Assembly (NCBI RefSeq): GCF_009914755.1
Contig: NC_060938.1
Length of the DNA: 64,000 bases
Direction: 5' to 3' (one strand)
DNA from: the human T2T-CHM13v2.0 reference genome, Homo sapiens
The notes beneath the pieces were generated by a model. That model searched no databases and was not told where the DNA came from. It saw nothing but the letters and a program-made list of their open reading frames with translations. The translations under genes and the position numbers were made by a program. This document shows, piece by piece, positions 1-19,479 of this stretch (its first letter is position 1; each line of letters begins with the position of its first letter).

Positions 1-408
1 CATCATTCTTTAAGAGGGAAAACAAGTGAAAAAGCTGAGACTTCCTTTGTAGTAAGAGACATCAGGGGAGCGGTTGTTGTGAAGAGTGGTGATGAGACAG
101 TCACTGTCTGACAGAGCCGCCCGCAGAGTCGTTACCTTCATTTCCTGGGGCTGCACAGTGCCAGCTTCTCAAACAGGTATTATAATACTAACACAGGCTT
201 CCATCACATGGCTTTTTTTTTAAAGTATTTTTAAAAACTTTTTATTGGGAAAAGTTAAAATGTATGCAGAGTGAATTCTGTAATGCACTTCTAGACGTCC
301 ACCCCCTACCCTCTACACATTACCGATCTCATCCCATCTAGAGACTCCGTCCCCCCAATCTGTTTTGACTGGCTAGTATTTGCTGGTGTATCTTAAAGTA
401 CATCCTAG

Positions 409-694
<286 letters not shown>

Positions 695-1876
695 CTGCAC
701 CTCCATTTCTAAAACCAAAGAAATTTTCTTTAATAACTACAATACCACTATTGTGGTGGTGATCACCTAATAAGATTAACACTTCAACATCACTTAACAC
801 CCAGTCCACGTTCACATTTCTCTGTACGTACCAGAAATGCCTCTTGGTGGCTGGTTTGTCTGAAGGGTGGAAGCAGGGTCCGTGCTCAGAGCTGGCTGTT
901 GAGCAGGTGCTGTGCTTGCTCCAAGGCCCGTGTGCAGCGAGGCCTGATGCTGGCGCCCGTCAGACGGTTCCTAACAGCACAGACGTCCAGGATTGTGTCT
1001 GCCAAGCACTGGCACTGTGTGTCTGCAGGTCTGTTCTCTAGCCTCTGTGTTCAGGGAGTGAAGAGAACGTGTGCTAACCACCGCCGCATCCCCGACGGCA
1101 ACGCACGCCCAGCACAGGTGAAGGAGCTCTCTGAAGCCACGCTGTGGTCCGAGTCCCGATTCTGAAGCGGGTCAGATTTTGAATCCTGGCCAACCAGTTA
1201 ACTAGTTGGTTTGTTAGCCAGGTAGTTATCCTCTAGTACAAACTACTTATCCTGTCTGGGCATCCATTTCTTCAGCTGTGAAATGGGGTGATGGTATGGG
1301 CTCACGGGTTATTGTGCAGATAAAAATGAAGCAGACTACGGCCTGGCACCCCGGAACTCGGGATCCGTTAGCTTGACAGAGACAACTCCCTTGAGGGTGG
1401 CAGGAAGCACACCCTCCAAAGCCTCTGGTTGGGGTGCGTGTACCCCTGGGATACAGTGACAATCAAGAAGAAACACCATGCCTTCTCCTAGAGTCTCATC
1501 TGAGGCTAACTTAGAGCACGTTGTTTAAAATGACACCTTCAGCTGCCTGTGAGCCACTTCCTCTCCTCCCAGCCTTTGTCGTTACTCTGCAGCACAGCTG
1601 AGCACTGCATTAAGTCAGAGCAGCACGAATGCGTAGGCTTTGGGACAAAAAGCCTCTGGGATTCCTTCCTGAACTGGCCCTGCCCACTCCCGTGGCTCTC
1701 TGTGCATACCTCTTGCCCATTGGCACCGCCCTCCAAATGCTCCTTTCAACAGATCCTCCTGGCCCCGTGCTCCTCGCCCACGGGGAAGCCCAGGTGACAT
1801 TCTCTAGCTCCACCTACAGGCTGCCTTCGGGACAAGACCTGGTTGTTTCCAAAACCCCGAGGGATTCAGTGTGTGA

Positions 1877-2192
<316 letters not shown>

Positions 2193-2614
2193 TACCCTGG
2201 TAATTTGCCAAAGGAAGCCTTAAGTAGTAAAGGGAGAAGAGGAATGGCCCAGCCTTTGTGGGGAAGCCCTCCTGGGTCAGACACATCAATCTCTGCTTCC
2301 GGGGGTGAGGTGGGGGGTGGGGGTGGGGAGGGCAGCTCCCATCCGTCCTCACCTCCCTTTGGAGGAGAGTTCAGGTTCTGGGGGTTCAAGTCCTAGCCCC
2401 AGTGCTTGCTAACTGCGACATCTGTAGCGTGTTACTGCCTCTCAGCCTGTTTCCTGTTCTGAAAGTCAGGGCCTGTACTGATGCCTCACTAGGTTCTAAG
2501 GTGGACTAAATGCACTAAGATGCGTGACACAGGGCTGGAGCCTGGTGCCAGTGCAGTGGATGTGAAGGCTGTGATAGGGCAGGCCTGGGTTCTTTGTATC
2601 ATTAGAAATTTTCC

Positions 2615-2762
2615 AGCTGGGGTCCTGGCATCCGCATGTCCTGGATGCTTGTTAGACATACAAGTTCTTGGGCTCCTTCCTACAGCAGTGCAATCAGAAC
2701 ACTGGGGCCCAGCTGGCTGTTAGGGCCTTCCAGGTGATTCTAATGCACTCTCAAGCCTGAGC
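2615..2762. mobile_element. MER5A-like hAT DNA transposon relic
   Basis: gcttgttagac...tcagaac...ccaggtgattctaatgcac resembles the MER5A consensus (by recall). Confidence 0.55.
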
Positions 2763-3594
2763 AGCTGGGCAGATGGATAATTTTAAAGGTAGGGCCTTTC
2801 TGTACCACAGCAGATTCATCTTCTGGAGGCAGAAGAGAACAAAATACGTTCGCAGGAAAAATGTGATTCCTGTGTCAGAACCAAACCCTCTGAATCTCAC
2901 ACGACCTGACGCTGACTTCCACTGATGCTGTGTAATGCTTTCCTGCAAACTTCTCACACAGCCCAACAACCCTGAGGCTGTTGGAGGAAGCCATGACAGG
3001 TTTTGGTTGTCTTACAAAAGAAACTGAGGCTCAGAGAGATCTCCATCATCTGTTGGACATCTACCATGGGCCAGACCTAATGAGGCTAAATGCCAGAGAC
3101 ACAGATGATAAACAGGATGGTCTCAAGAGGACAGGACACCCAGGGTGCAGCCACCACCCCCATTCCACAGCTGCTCTCCTACCCACCTGCAGAGTGCCAG
3201 ATTTCAAACTGGACTCACTTTTACCCCCATGCTTGCTGCTTTAGAATCTTTTTAGCGCACAATTTAGGGATCTTGGTAATTGTCTTAGATGGAGACAAAT
3301 ATTATGCAGTATGCATTTGATACTAGCCTAACTAGAATCAATTGGCTTTTTTTTTCAATTGGCTTATTATGTACTTTGCCTTGTGATTATTTCCTGATGC
3401 AATATTCTCCTACAGCTTATAATTTCAACTACTATGTCATTGAATGCTACCTTATTTCTAAAGGACTTCATAGTTTAAATCTTTCTCTTATTTATCCTCA
3501 TAATAACTGTAAGTTAGAGCTTACATAATTAACATCTCCATTTTCCAAATAAGAAAACAAGAGGCTCAGAGAGGCCACAAGATAAGTAGCAGGA

Positions 3595-3960
3595 TCAAGT
3601 TTAATAAACGTTTATTGAGCAGTAGAATACAAGTGAGTGCCTGGATCCTGATCACCAAGTCCTGTACAACTGAGGTAATTATTTCACAATGATGGGTGGC
3701 TCAGTGAGATTCTGATTGCATGCGCTGCATGACAAATTATCTACTCAGAGTATGCCTGACACGCCGGAGGGGCTGAGGGGGAACACACTGAAAGCAGTAC
3801 CAGGTAGCAGTGCATCTCACAGATCCATTTATTCATGCCATGAAGTAAACGGTACTTATACAAGTGTACAGTGACGTTCCACGCTCCCCATCTAACACGG
3901 CTTGCTGAAATTTACAGGCAGACTGACGTTTTCTTTCACATGTACTCCAAGTAAATCTGG
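3595..3960 (-). other. ATP5MJ: ATP5MJ 3' UTR with two AATAAA polyadenylation signals (3828-3833, 3611-3616)
   Basis: Follows the TAA stop at 3963-3961; TTTATT on the + strand at both sites. Distal end estimated ~15-20 nt past the second signal. Confidence 0.75.
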
Positions 3961-3989
3961 TTAGTGATGACCAGGAGCAGGCGCTGAAG
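3961..3989 (-). CDS. ATP5MJ: ATP5MJ last coding exon (ASAPAPGHH*)
   Basis: Acceptor tctctttcaaaag| then CT TCA GCG CCT GCT CCT GGT CAT CAC TAA. Spliced CDS 124+24+29=177 nt = 58 aa + stop. Confidence 0.96.
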
Positions 3990-4343
3990 CTTTTGAAAGA
4001 GATGCATATATAAATATGATTTAAGAAGGAAGGAACAAGTTGGATGTAATTTATTAAACAAGTATCAAAAGAAGTTGATCAACAGTCCAAAAAGATAAAT
4101 GACACCTTTCAATACTATTGAAAAGTAGGATTATTTCTATATGAAACACCCAGAGTGCTTAAGTGTTCATGTAATGACAGCAGACAGGCAGTGGTCACCC
4201 ACAGCGCAAAGAGAGAGGCAGGGAAACACCTCCTCCTCAAACTCATGTAGCCAGTCCTGGGTTTGTGTAACATTCAAATGGCTACAGTTTCATTGTCACT
4301 CTGGCATAAATTTATAAGGCGCTTTCTTTCAAAATACATTAAA

Positions 4344-4928
<585 letters not shown>

Positions 4929-5255
4929 CGACATCATTAGGGAACTTCTAGGACAGCATGCTTGCACAGCTCACTTGTGCTTCCCTATTGGTGATGATAT
5001 CGACTACCTCTAATTAATCCATTCCTCTATTACTCCTGGAAGTTTTACTTGATCCACTTGACTATAAAAAGCAGAAATTCAGAATTCTCTTTCCCAGCAG
5101 GCATAGCAAACTTCAAGCTGTGAAGCATTTCAACTGCACCTTACATATATACTGAACTGTGTTTCGATTTCAATTGAGAACAACGATATACCTTGTCCTG
5201 AAAAGACATGATGCTGTTTTCCATTCCCAACCATTTTCAGAAGCAAAAATCTTAC

Positions 5256-5279
5256 CTTTCAAAGCCTTACTTCTTTTAT
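5256..5279 (-). CDS. ATP5MJ: ATP5MJ 24-nt coding micro-exon (DKRSKALK)
   Basis: ttttattttag|ATAAAAGAAGTAAGGCTTTGAAAG|gtaag; phase 1-1 joins the flanking exons in frame. Confidence 0.95.
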
Positions 5280-5811
5280 CTAAAATAAAAGGAAGGAAAA
5301 AAAAGCAGTCATATCAATGCTTTACAAAAATGCCTTTGTCAAAATTAACATTTAGCTGAAGGCATTGTAGCTTAGGTAAAGCAATTCAGGAAGCTTTCAG
5401 AAAATGTCTTATAGCCAAGAAATGGTAAAATTCCTACCAAAGATGTTCTATGAACAGCTAACAGCCCTTTCAAATTTGCAGGGCTCCTTACCTTCTACAA
5501 TGTCCTAAACTTTAGTCTTGCAGCATAAAGTTTTCTCTTTTCTCTTTGTAATCAATGGCTTAGTAACATGTGATTGGGCCACACTGCTCTGCTCTACTGA
5601 GAACCAAGTGGTTATTCCTCCCCTCCAAATTTTTTTACAAACAAATTTCAAATATTCAGAACAGTTGAAAAGGTGCAATGAAATACCACATACCATGAAC
5701 CCATACCTTAAATATTTTAGCCTTCATCTCTTAAAACGAATGTAATACCACTTTCACACCTAAGAAAACTCACAATTCTGATATTAAAGTCTTGTTCAAA
5801 GTTCCCCAATT

Positions 5812-6140
5812 GGGCCAGGTGTTGTGGCTCACGCTTGTTAATTCCAGCACTTTGGGAAGCCAAGATTGGAGGACTGCTTGAGCCCAGGAGTTCAAGACCA
5901 GCCTGGGTAACATGGCAAAACCCCATCTCTACAAAAAAAAAAAGTACAAAAAAAAAATTAGCTAGGTGTGGTGGTGTTGGGCATAGTGACGGGCACCTGT
6001 GGTCCTAGCTACTTGGCAGGCTGAGGTGGGAGAATCACCTGAAATCACCTGAGCCTAGGAGGTGGAGGCTGCAGTGAACCATGATCGTGCCATTGCACTC
6101 CAGCCTGGGCGTCAGAGTGAGAGACTGTCTCCAAAAAAAA

Positions 6141-6172
<32 letters not shown>

Positions 6173-6190
6173 AGAAAAGAAAAAAAAAAT
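5812..6190 (+). mobile_element. AluJ-like element with a ~60-nt A-rich tail
   Basis: Alu consensus; A-rich tail 6133-6189. Confidence 0.9.
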
Positions 6191-6376
6191 TCCCCACTGT
6201 CCCCAAATGTCTTTTATAGCTGACATGTGCTCCCTGTATTTTTTACGAAGGACTGTAGGTAGCTCTAATGTTCATACCTAGTTAGAACCCATAGTTCCTT
6301 TACAATGTGAATTGTGATTCTTTTTGAAAATAATTTTCTTCCTGACCTCAGAAAAATCAAACATAAGGAAACGTAC

Positions 6377-6500
6377 CAGCAGCCCGGATTTTATAAACGA
6401 TGAAGCCCATCAGCCCCATTCCTATCCAAATCTCCTGGTAAACTTTGGTGTAGTAGGGCTTCATGGGGATCCATATGTTTTTAATAATACTTTGAAGCAT
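6377..6500 (-). CDS. ATP5MJ: ATP5MJ first coding exon, ATP synthase membrane subunit j / 6.8PL ([41 protein letters not shown])
   Basis: cag|ATG at 6500, donor G|gtacgt after 6377. Translation recognised as the MP68/6.8PL proteolipid with one hydrophobic segment. Confidence 0.97.
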
Positions 6501-6665
6501 CTGAAAATGAACACAGTGATTAAAAATTAGAATGATGATTGCTTTAAACCTAACTGGTAAAAGATTTTAATTTGTTAAGTTCAACCCCATTTCCCATGAC
6601 TGCTAGGGAGCCTCGCCTGTGTCAGATGTCAGACCCGTTCTGCACTCACAGGGGACTCACACCTC

Positions 6666-8070
<1,405 letters not shown>

Positions 8071-9524
8071 AACTGCGCGTTGGCTGCGGCTGTAATGCTG
8101 CCTCCACCCCTCCCTCCCTCCACCCACTCACTGCTCCTTTCACATCACTGCTCAGGATCCAAAGAATCCGAATGCTCGGCAGTGTGCTCCCTTTCCCACA
8201 CTGCGCAGCTGTGTGTGTCAGCTTTACCGCACTGAATCCTTCACAAGCCCAACCTAGTCAAAGGTCAAATGGCGGCCCTCAAATCACTGAAACCCGGATC
8301 GTGTGGTCATTTATTCACTTGGCAAATGTGCACTGAGCATGTACTAGGTGCCAGACATTGTTTTAGGAGCTGAGAAACAATAAAGGGTCAGGATATCTGG
8401 GAGAGGAATCCTCGGCATTGGCAGAGACTCCGAGGTCAGAATGAACTCGGAGAGCTGGAAGGAATAGGGAGGCCACAGTGCCAGATTCAAATCCTGGCTG
8501 TCACTTACTAGCTAACTTAAACCGCTTAAGTTTTCTCATCTGTAAAACAGGGATAAAAACAGGATCCACCTCAAGGGGTTGTTATGGAGAATAACATAGA
8601 ATAACTCTATGTCAAATGTTGAGTGTCTGGTACTGTATATTAAATGCTTGTTACATAAAATACCATGGCTGGACTATGGGAAGGAAGATGGGCCATGTCA
8701 TTTAAGGGCCTTGGAGGCTAGCATAGAATTTAGCTTTTATTCTAAAACTGTTCTCTAAATTTAACAACTTTTTTTTTTTTTGCTTTAGGGTTTTTTTGTT
8801 TCCCGTTTTGACAATATGAAGAAAATTCAGTTTAGAATCTGGAACTGGCCTGGATGGGATTCGAGGGCAGCTGGTGGGGGCTGCAGAGCCCCTTCGATTC
8901 CTCCCCCACCGTGGGAGCTAAGCTACTGGACAGAGGAGCACCAACAGGGCACCGAACCAGGAACTAAGTTAGTGTCTTGAGTCAGGCAAGAATGGGGAGG
9001 CCAGGCCGGAGCTACAGCAGGGACTGCCCTGATTGTGGTTAGTTCTGTCTCTAGCCCTTTAACAGCATTTTAAAAGTGCTTTTCGTACTTACTTCCTACA
9101 CTGCTTCCCACTCCTATAAAGTGGGTACTTGGAGAAAGCTCCTATAAAGCGGGTACTCGGATCCCGCAGCAGGTTAGCAGGACTGCACTCACACCAAATC
9201 TGTACGTCATGCTCCTGATGACGAGAACCTACCTCCAACACCTGCTTTCCTGCTCTTCCCTATGAGAGGACTTATTTAGGCAAGGATGGTCGTGAGGGTG
9301 GCCTGAGGTCTGACCTTGCAGGATGCGACTGTGTCCTTCTCCTGGAACACCTTGCAGATAGTCCGCCCTCAAATTTCCTGTCCTCAAGCTACTCGAATGC
9401 TCTGACAGTGTGAGGTTCCAAGAAACGAACAGCCCTGCTTTGGGAATATGTCACAGATGATCCAAACAAGACCCAGAGGAGGTTTCTGGAAGCCCCAGAC
9501 TAGGAGTTCAGAGGCATGGAGTGA

Positions 9525-10717
<1,193 letters not shown>

Positions 10718-11079
10718 TCAGTGACTGATCACAGCAGTAACAGAATTGATACAAATATCCAGTTCATGGCTATAATTAATACTAAGCCACTGGGACTCTA
10801 ACAAGAAGGAAGGCTTAAAAAGACGCCCTCATTTAGGCCAGGTAGGGGCTTTGGACAGAACAAGGTAAGATGAGGGTCTATAAGGAAAAGGGCAAAGTAA
10901 ACTGGGAGGGTACAATGACTACGGTAAGAAGGGACTAAAGAAACTGAGTCATGCTGACATTGTGCTCCGGGCCCAGGCACCCTGGTATGGTCTCCTTACA
11001 AAATTACCCTTAGTCCCCAGTGCAACAGGGGCCTGCTATTCAGTAGCTTGCAAATACCTTTCCCTTCCTTTCCCCTTGA

Positions 11080-12080
<1,001 letters not shown>

Positions 12081-12250
12081 GGCCCCTTTCTTGAGTCCAT
12101 TCTGCCCAGGCACATTTCCTAGCTGTGTGTGTCAGTTTTACAGCACCAGACCTTTTAAAAATCCATCTTATTCATAGGCCAAACGTGTGTCTACTGTATC
12201 CACTTAAGTCTGCAAAGTTTTGGCACATTACATTAAGGGCGAACTATTAC

Positions 12251-12301
12251 CTGACACTGGAAATGGGAAATGTCTGACCCGCGAGTTCCATACAATTTCA
12301 T
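12251..12301 (-). CDS. ATP5MJ: Alternative upstream ATP5MJ coding segment adding MKLYGTRGSDISHFQCQ (75-aa isoform)
   Basis: ATG at 12301-12299, 17 open codons, donor CAG|gtaata after 12251, phase 0 into the ATG exon. The acceptor is uncertain (exon start 12331 or 12393). Confidence 0.65.
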
Positions 12302-12549
12302 TCAGCACCGTATGATCTCTTTTCAGCTTCCCTGTTGCCTCACCCAAGTTGTCATGTACAGCATAACGTGGAGGGCAGTGTGGCGCAAGGAAACTTGAGT
12401 TATAAAGGAGAGAAGGGACTGGATGTGGAGTCAGAGTTCTTGGCTTGGACTCTGGCTTCTCTAACTCTGCGTAGCCTCTGGGTTAGGCAGCTGAACCTCT
12501 CAAGGCCAAGGTACGCTCCCTGTCAAAACCGTGGGAGAATTCAGGTGCA

Positions 12550-13085
12550 CTGAGCGCGTTAAGGCCAAGGAGGGAAACGCGGCGCAGGCCTAGGCGATGC
12601 TTCCCTCTGGCAACCCACCCTGGCCTACCTCCCTTCAGAGAAGGGAAAGCCGGGCAGAAAAGCAGGCGCGTGCCGGCGGAGGGGTGGAACCCCAAGATCA
12701 GCTGGGGCCAAGGCGGCTTCTCGCCCTCCCGCCCCCGCCGTCTCGCACCTCGGGAGCCAGGTCCAGGTCCCCGTACTCACCTTGGCGCAGGACAGACGGC
12801 TCAGAACGCACCACAAATCTGCAGCCAACTCGGAAAGGTCACCGAGCGCGCAGGCGCGCGCAGGGGATGCCGGGAAGGCGGAAGCAGCAGAGACGCCGCA
12901 AGGCCAGAGTGCCTCCCCAGCGGCGCCTCCGCACCACAGCGCCCCCGGCGGCCGCCTGGTGTCGCAGGCAAGAAGGGGCGGGGAGAGGGTGCGTTAGGGG
13001 TGTGCCCGCGTGTGTCACTGTGGGCTGGCTAATCCTCCACATCTTCCCACGACTGATGGGTTTCCTGGGACGCGGGACCTTCAAC
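12550..13085. promoter_or_regulatory. ATP5MJ CpG-island promoter with NRF1-like GCGCAGGCGC (12848-12857), tandem ETS/GABP-type GGAA sites (~12870-12885) and a GC box (~12975-12983)
   Basis: High GC and CpG density; motifs read directly. NRF1 plus GABP is the established signature of nuclear OXPHOS gene promoters. Confidence 0.8.
12781..12875 (-). other. ATP5MJ: ATP5MJ non-coding exon 1
   Basis: Consensus donor CCAAG|gtgagt (+ strand actcac 12775-12780) inside the CpG island; TSS approximate. Confidence 0.8.
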
Positions 13086-13249
13086 GCTGAAACTAGGAAA
13101 GTTCTAGACATACCGGGAGGGTTGGTTAACCTAAGAAAAGGGACCCTCTTTACTGTGACGTTAAAGACTAAGTCAAGTCTCCCATTTCAGTGGTGTGTCT
13201 TGTCCCTTTCTATTGTTAATTATTTAGCTCTGCATGTATAAAATATATA

Positions 13250-15175
<1,926 letters not shown>

Positions 15176-15191
15176 AGGAAATTATTAGGTT

Positions 15192-15560
15192 TTGAAGGGA
15201 AGGCAAGGGTTAAAGACAGACAAGACAGACACACACACACAGAGGGAGGGGGGGAGGGGAGAGGGGAGAGAGATGGTGGCTTCAACAGCAACACAGGTTT
15301 ATTGCCAGCAAAAACCCGTGGAGCGGATAACCAGTTTAGTGCCCGAGCTCACTGCCGCTTCCAGGCTGGGGTAATTATAGGTCTGGGCTGGATGGGTCTG
15401 GGCAGTATGGCTTGCTGCCTGGCAGGATGTGATAAGGATGTTCCCGCAGTCAGGCAGTTGGGCAGGATGTTTCTTATGGTCAGAGCCCCCATGGAATGTT
15501 TCACTCCGACCAGGGTCTGTGAAATGGTGGGGGGTTTATAAAATGGTGCAGCTAGGACTG
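15192..15560 (-). mobile_element. Solo ERV LTR (LTR18-like, family tentative)
   Basis: Minus-strand TATAA (15379-15375), AATAAA (15303-15298) and CT/GT-rich U5, terminating in ...CA. Confidence 0.55.
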
Positions 15561-15765
15561 AAATAATCACAAGCAGATCCACAGTAAAATAAATGTTCAT
15601 TATTCAGGCACAAGGAAAACGAGCTCAGATGTGTCAAGATAAAATAATAAAAGGCTCAAGATCCAGTTAAAATCATTTTTTTTCTTTTTTGAGATGGAGT
15701 CTTGCTGTGTCGCCCAGGCTGGAGTGCAGTGGTGCGATCTTTGAAAATGTAAAAGTGTTATTCCT

Positions 15766-15766
<1 letters not shown>

Positions 15767-15797
<31 letters not shown>
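15767..15797. repeat. (CA)n microsatellite
   Basis: Read directly. Confidence 0.95.
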
Positions 15798-15799
<2 letters not shown>

Positions 15800-15819
15800 G
15801 TTTTTTGGAAAACATAGTG

Positions 15820-16005
15820 ACGTTTTAGAAAAATACACTGTTTAACATCAAACGGGTTTATCATTTTAAAATAAATAAGTAAAAACATTTCTCAGTTGTA
15901 ATCCCTGATAGACATAACCCACATAAACAAAATCTCTTTAGGGTCCTCAGCAACTTTTAAGAGTGTAAAGGGGTTCTGAGACAGAACCAGGTTTGAGAAC
16001 CACTG
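15820..16005. mobile_element. hAT-Charlie (Charlie1-like) terminal fragment
   Basis: aagagtgtaaaggggttctgagac...gtttgagaaccactg terminus (by recall of consensus). Confidence 0.55.
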
Positions 16006-16082
16006 TCCTATAGTAAAAATGTTTTAGAGTTTTAGATTTATAATGACTTATAACACTGCTGAGGACGAGAACAAGCATTTAG

Positions 16083-18485
<2,403 letters not shown>

Positions 18486-19479
18486 AGTTATTTCTTCCTG
18501 GCAAAGTGTGTTGAGGCACTTTTGGGAACCTGTCGTATTTGGCAGAGTCCTAATATGAGGTCTAGAGCTCATTATGCCAGGATTTGGAGCCAGAACTCCT
18601 GGCTTAGTATGATTATGGGTTCAATTTTTGAGACACCAATAGCTCAACCTACCTGCCTGATTTCTGTCTACAGTGTTTTCAAACCGCCCTCTTATTTGCC
18701 ACTGCTTGGGCTTTACACTGCTGATTAGAGCCATGCTCTCGATACCGTCTCTGTATTTGTTCACATGGCTCTTTCCTGAGAGCCCACATGGGCCAGATAG
18801 ATCCTGCCCTGGCCAGTGAGGGGGACACACCCCAGGCAGGTGGCCATGTCTCTCTTCTGACCCTCGCTTCCCTTGCACACGTGGCTGCCTTCCCGTGCAT
18901 CCTTTGCTGATTTCTTCCCGCGGCTCCTTCTTTTGGGGAGTTTGCTAGGGCTCTGTTCTCCACCCTCACTCTTCTAGAGCTCGGCCGGGACCACCTCAGC
19001 CTGTATCTTTGGTCCATGTGATCGCCTGGACCTCCTGTCCGCACCTGTTTGTGTCCAGCTGTGAGTCTGACACCGCCGCCTGAGACACCGGTTTAGGAAG
19101 GAAGATGAATTCAGTTATGATCCGGCTGCAAAGAACTTCTCCCAGATCCTCACCTCAGCCATCAGGGCCGCCTGCCCTCCCCTATAACCCTGGGTGGTCC
19201 TCCGTCTGGCGCATTCCCCCGTATCCTGCAGGGGTCTGCCTGGCGTTACTTTCTCCGAGACCTTCCTGACCTTCTTCTTGCCCCTCTCCCCCCATATTAG
19301 GTGCAAGGATGTCCTGGTACGTCTGACCCACGAACGCAAATCCCTTCTCTGGTTTGCCTTCCATCTCCTCACCCTGAGGTGCTCAAGAAACGTATGTAGG
19401 GTCCCGGTCCGCTCAAAGCGCACAAACCTCCGAGGCAGCAGCCTCTAAATAGAGAGGCCAGGGAGTGACCGGAGGGCAT

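Noticed and set aside
12938-12958. CTCF-like GC-rich motif in the ATP5MJ promoter
   Set aside because: Spacing is one base off the core consensus, and such matches are expected by chance in a CpG island.
12597-13241. 214-aa + strand ORF over the ATP5MJ promoter
   Set aside because: Arg/Pro/Gly-rich, no recognisable domain; stop codons are naturally scarce in CpG islands; antisense to exon 1.
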